A DNA stretch of 64,000 bases from NCBI GenBank assembly GCA_030265395.1, contig JARFYF010000058.1, positions 17,238,012-17,302,011 on the forward strand. Direction: 5' to 3'. The notes under the pieces were generated by a model. The model ran no database searches, was not told the origin of the DNA, and saw nothing but the letters and a program-made list of their open reading frames with translations. The position numbers were made by a program, and so were the translations under genes. The DNA comes from Rhina ancylostomus (taxonomy: Eukaryota). Below are positions 61,939 to 64,000 of this stretch, in pieces. Positions within the stretch are counted from its first letter, which is position 1. Each line of letters begins with the position of its first letter.

Positions 61939-62232
61939 GGTAGTGTAGTAATTAGCATAACGCTATTACAGTGCCAGCTACCTGGGTTCAATTCTAGCCA
62001 CTGTCTGTAAGGAGTTTGTACATTCTCTCCATGTCTGTGTGGGTTTCCTCTGGGTGCCCTGGTTTCCTCCCACATTCCAAAGANNNNNNNTACAAGTTGG
62101 GAAGCTGTGGGCATACTATGTTAGCACCAGAAGCATGGCGACACTTGTGGGCTGCCCCCAGAACATTCTATGCCAAACATGCATTTCACTGTGTGTTTTG
62201 ATGTACATGTGACTAACAAAGATATTTTATAT
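61939..62232 (+). mobile_element. Full-length V-SINE with Rex1-like tail
   Basis: A-box ggtagtgtagtaa, B-box gggttcaattc, V-domain, and tail tttcactgtgtgttttgatgtacatgtgactaacaaa. Confidence 0.9.
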
Positions 62233-63439
62233 TGGTATCCCTCATGGCATATCTCCCTTGTGGTCTCTCACTTATCATAATATAACAGGTGCCAGTGTCT
62301 AGTCATTTAGCATGAAGTTTATGATCGTCTCTCAGAGCAGACAGGCTCATGTTTTTGACAAACTGTGCTCCAAGCATTTTGTCAGGTGGGAAGACTTTGC
62401 TGGAGTTAGCCTTCCCTACTCACTCCTTGCCAACCATGGAGTGTTGTATCCATGGGGAAGGAGAGAGGAGAATTGTTTCCTTTCTGACCCTGAGGTTGAC
62501 GTTTCTCTGAAGGATCTGTTTGTGCCTCTCTGGGATGTGTATGAGGGCTCCTTCAAGATCAAAGTAGAAGTCCTACTTGGCCTCGTCTGTAGCTTGCAGA
62601 GGTGGGACATATGTGCTGAATGCCATCATGCTCTGGTTTCACATTAAAGTGAACCAGAGTGTCAGAAGTCCTTCACTTGTCCCATGGAGGGAGTTGCTGA
62701 GATGCCTGATTGGCTGATTTTTTGGTGTAACAGCTTTCCTGTGAAGACAATTTCCAGTTTGCCCTTCCAAAGGAAGGTGTATGCACTGACTTGATCTTTA
62801 ACCTCACCTCCTGTCTATTATGTCTCACCCAGGGAGACGATGTTAGTTTCAAAGCATTCCAGTACCTTGGCCATGATAACAGAATAACATTGGTGGGGCT
62901 GTGCCAACTGCATTTATGATGTAACCACAAGAACATTAACACGTGTGTATTGTTCCTTCTGTTTAAATGAAGTAGACACAGATGGATTGGGAGTGATTTT
63001 ATCCAGGATGATAGTCATTTGAATCTGTGTTTCAAAGTTGGGCATTTAAACAGGGAGACAGCTGTTCCATAACAAGTCTGCAACAAGTCCAGGCTAGCAT
63101 CACTCAAGGCCTTTAATCAAAGCTGTCGTGTGTCTCGTTTCTCGGTTCACAAGAGGATTAGCTTTCTCCTTTTGATTTTTGCCTACAACAAAGAGTTGCT
63201 TTGCATTCTTTTTCAGGTTAATGGGGATTGAACTTTGTGTGTGTGGTGAGCAATGTGGGGAAAAAAGAAAAGAAACAGACATAACAAAGACAGACAGAAT
63301 GCAAGTGTTCTTAATGACAACTCCTAACGTTCCACAATGGCCATTCTATTCAAAGATTTTTTCATCTTCCGCAGATATTCCTTCCTATGAGGAGTTATTG
63401 CAAATGGAACTAAGGATTTACTTAGTGATGCATTTGTTT

Positions 63440-63795
63440 TATTTGTTCACAGGATGTGGATGTTGTGGGATAACATTTATTGTCATCCCTATAAAGGACC
63501 CAGAACTAAGGAGGAAGATAAGAGTCAACCACATTGGTCATTTTGGAGGCCAACCAGATAAGGAGAAGAGATTTCCTTCCCTGAATGTGTCAGAGAACCA
63601 AATGAATTTTTAAGATCATCAGATTGTTTCCTAGTTACCAATACAATGATTAATTTCTTTTTATTTCCCTGATTTACTTAACTATTTCAGTTTGAGTTCC
63701 TTTGCTGTCTTGGTGGGATTCAAAAACATGTCTCTGGATCAATGGGCCAGAGCTCTGGCTGCTATTTTAGTAGCTTAATCACTAAACTATTGTAT
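63440..63795 (-). mobile_element. Deu-domain/SacSINE1-like SINE, old
   Basis: Reverse tRNA-like head at about 63680-63790, central agggaaggaaatct motif and tail gggatgacaataaatg. Confidence 0.65.
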
Positions 63796-63921
63796 CATAT
63801 ACTATAAAATGCATGTGCATGGTTACCTGGATTATGGGATGCACTGCAGAGCACCTCCAATGATAAGTAATTGTTTTTCAAAGCTTATTCAGAGTAAAGG
63901 TGCACATAGAAATCTGATTGT

Positions 63922-64000
63922 TCCTGAGCAAAAAACAAACTGCTGGAGGAACCCAGTGGGTCAGGTGGTGTCTGTGGAGACAAAGAGATAGCTGATGATT
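63922..64000 (-). mobile_element. Penelope-type terminal repeat running off the window end
   Basis: gagcaaaaaacaaactgctggaggaac...gggtcagg...tctgtggag is the reverse complement of the family tail. Confidence 0.6.

Larger units (their letters stand above)
60360..62950 (-). mobile_element. Long decayed RTE LINE (endonuclease to RT) with two nested insertions
   Basis: Endonuclease AYTFLWKGK and SEGLLTL at about 62650-62790, RT CGFHSSRCTMDMIFT at about 60910-60960, and HLPYLGS-like motif at about 60415-60445. Confidence 0.75.

Noticed and set aside
61939-62010. tRNA gene
   Set aside because: The A/B boxes belong to a SINE head. There is no cloverleaf and it is followed by a V-domain.

Overview
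This is AT-rich, CpG-depleted vertebrate genomic DNA from a gapped short-read-style assembly (ten N-runs). The repeat content points to a cartilaginous fish, probably a ray or relative: HE1/V-domain SINEs, CR1 LINEs, Deu-type SINEs, Rex1/Babar, RTE and Penelope-derived terminal repeats. I cannot support any intact host protein-coding gene. The recognisable ORFs in the track are decayed retroelement fragments, and the rest look like chance ORFs or run through N-gaps. The window reads as intronic or gene-desert sequence: nested, dead transposons alternate with repeat-free blocks that look like conserved regulatory elements. The most interesting signals are (1) about a dozen short Penelope-type terminal repeats, several carrying a degenerate minimal hammerhead ribozyme core with subfamily covariation and target-site duplications; (2) V-SINEs that share a head but carry different LINE-derived tails (CR1 vs Rex1-like); (3) a dispersed AT-core element family with an embedded splice donor, plus a Harbinger Myb/SANT relic; and (4) a 21-nt microexon candidate. 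None is demonstrated to be a novel system. All family assignments were made by eye from remembered motifs, with no database search, and boundaries are approximate.
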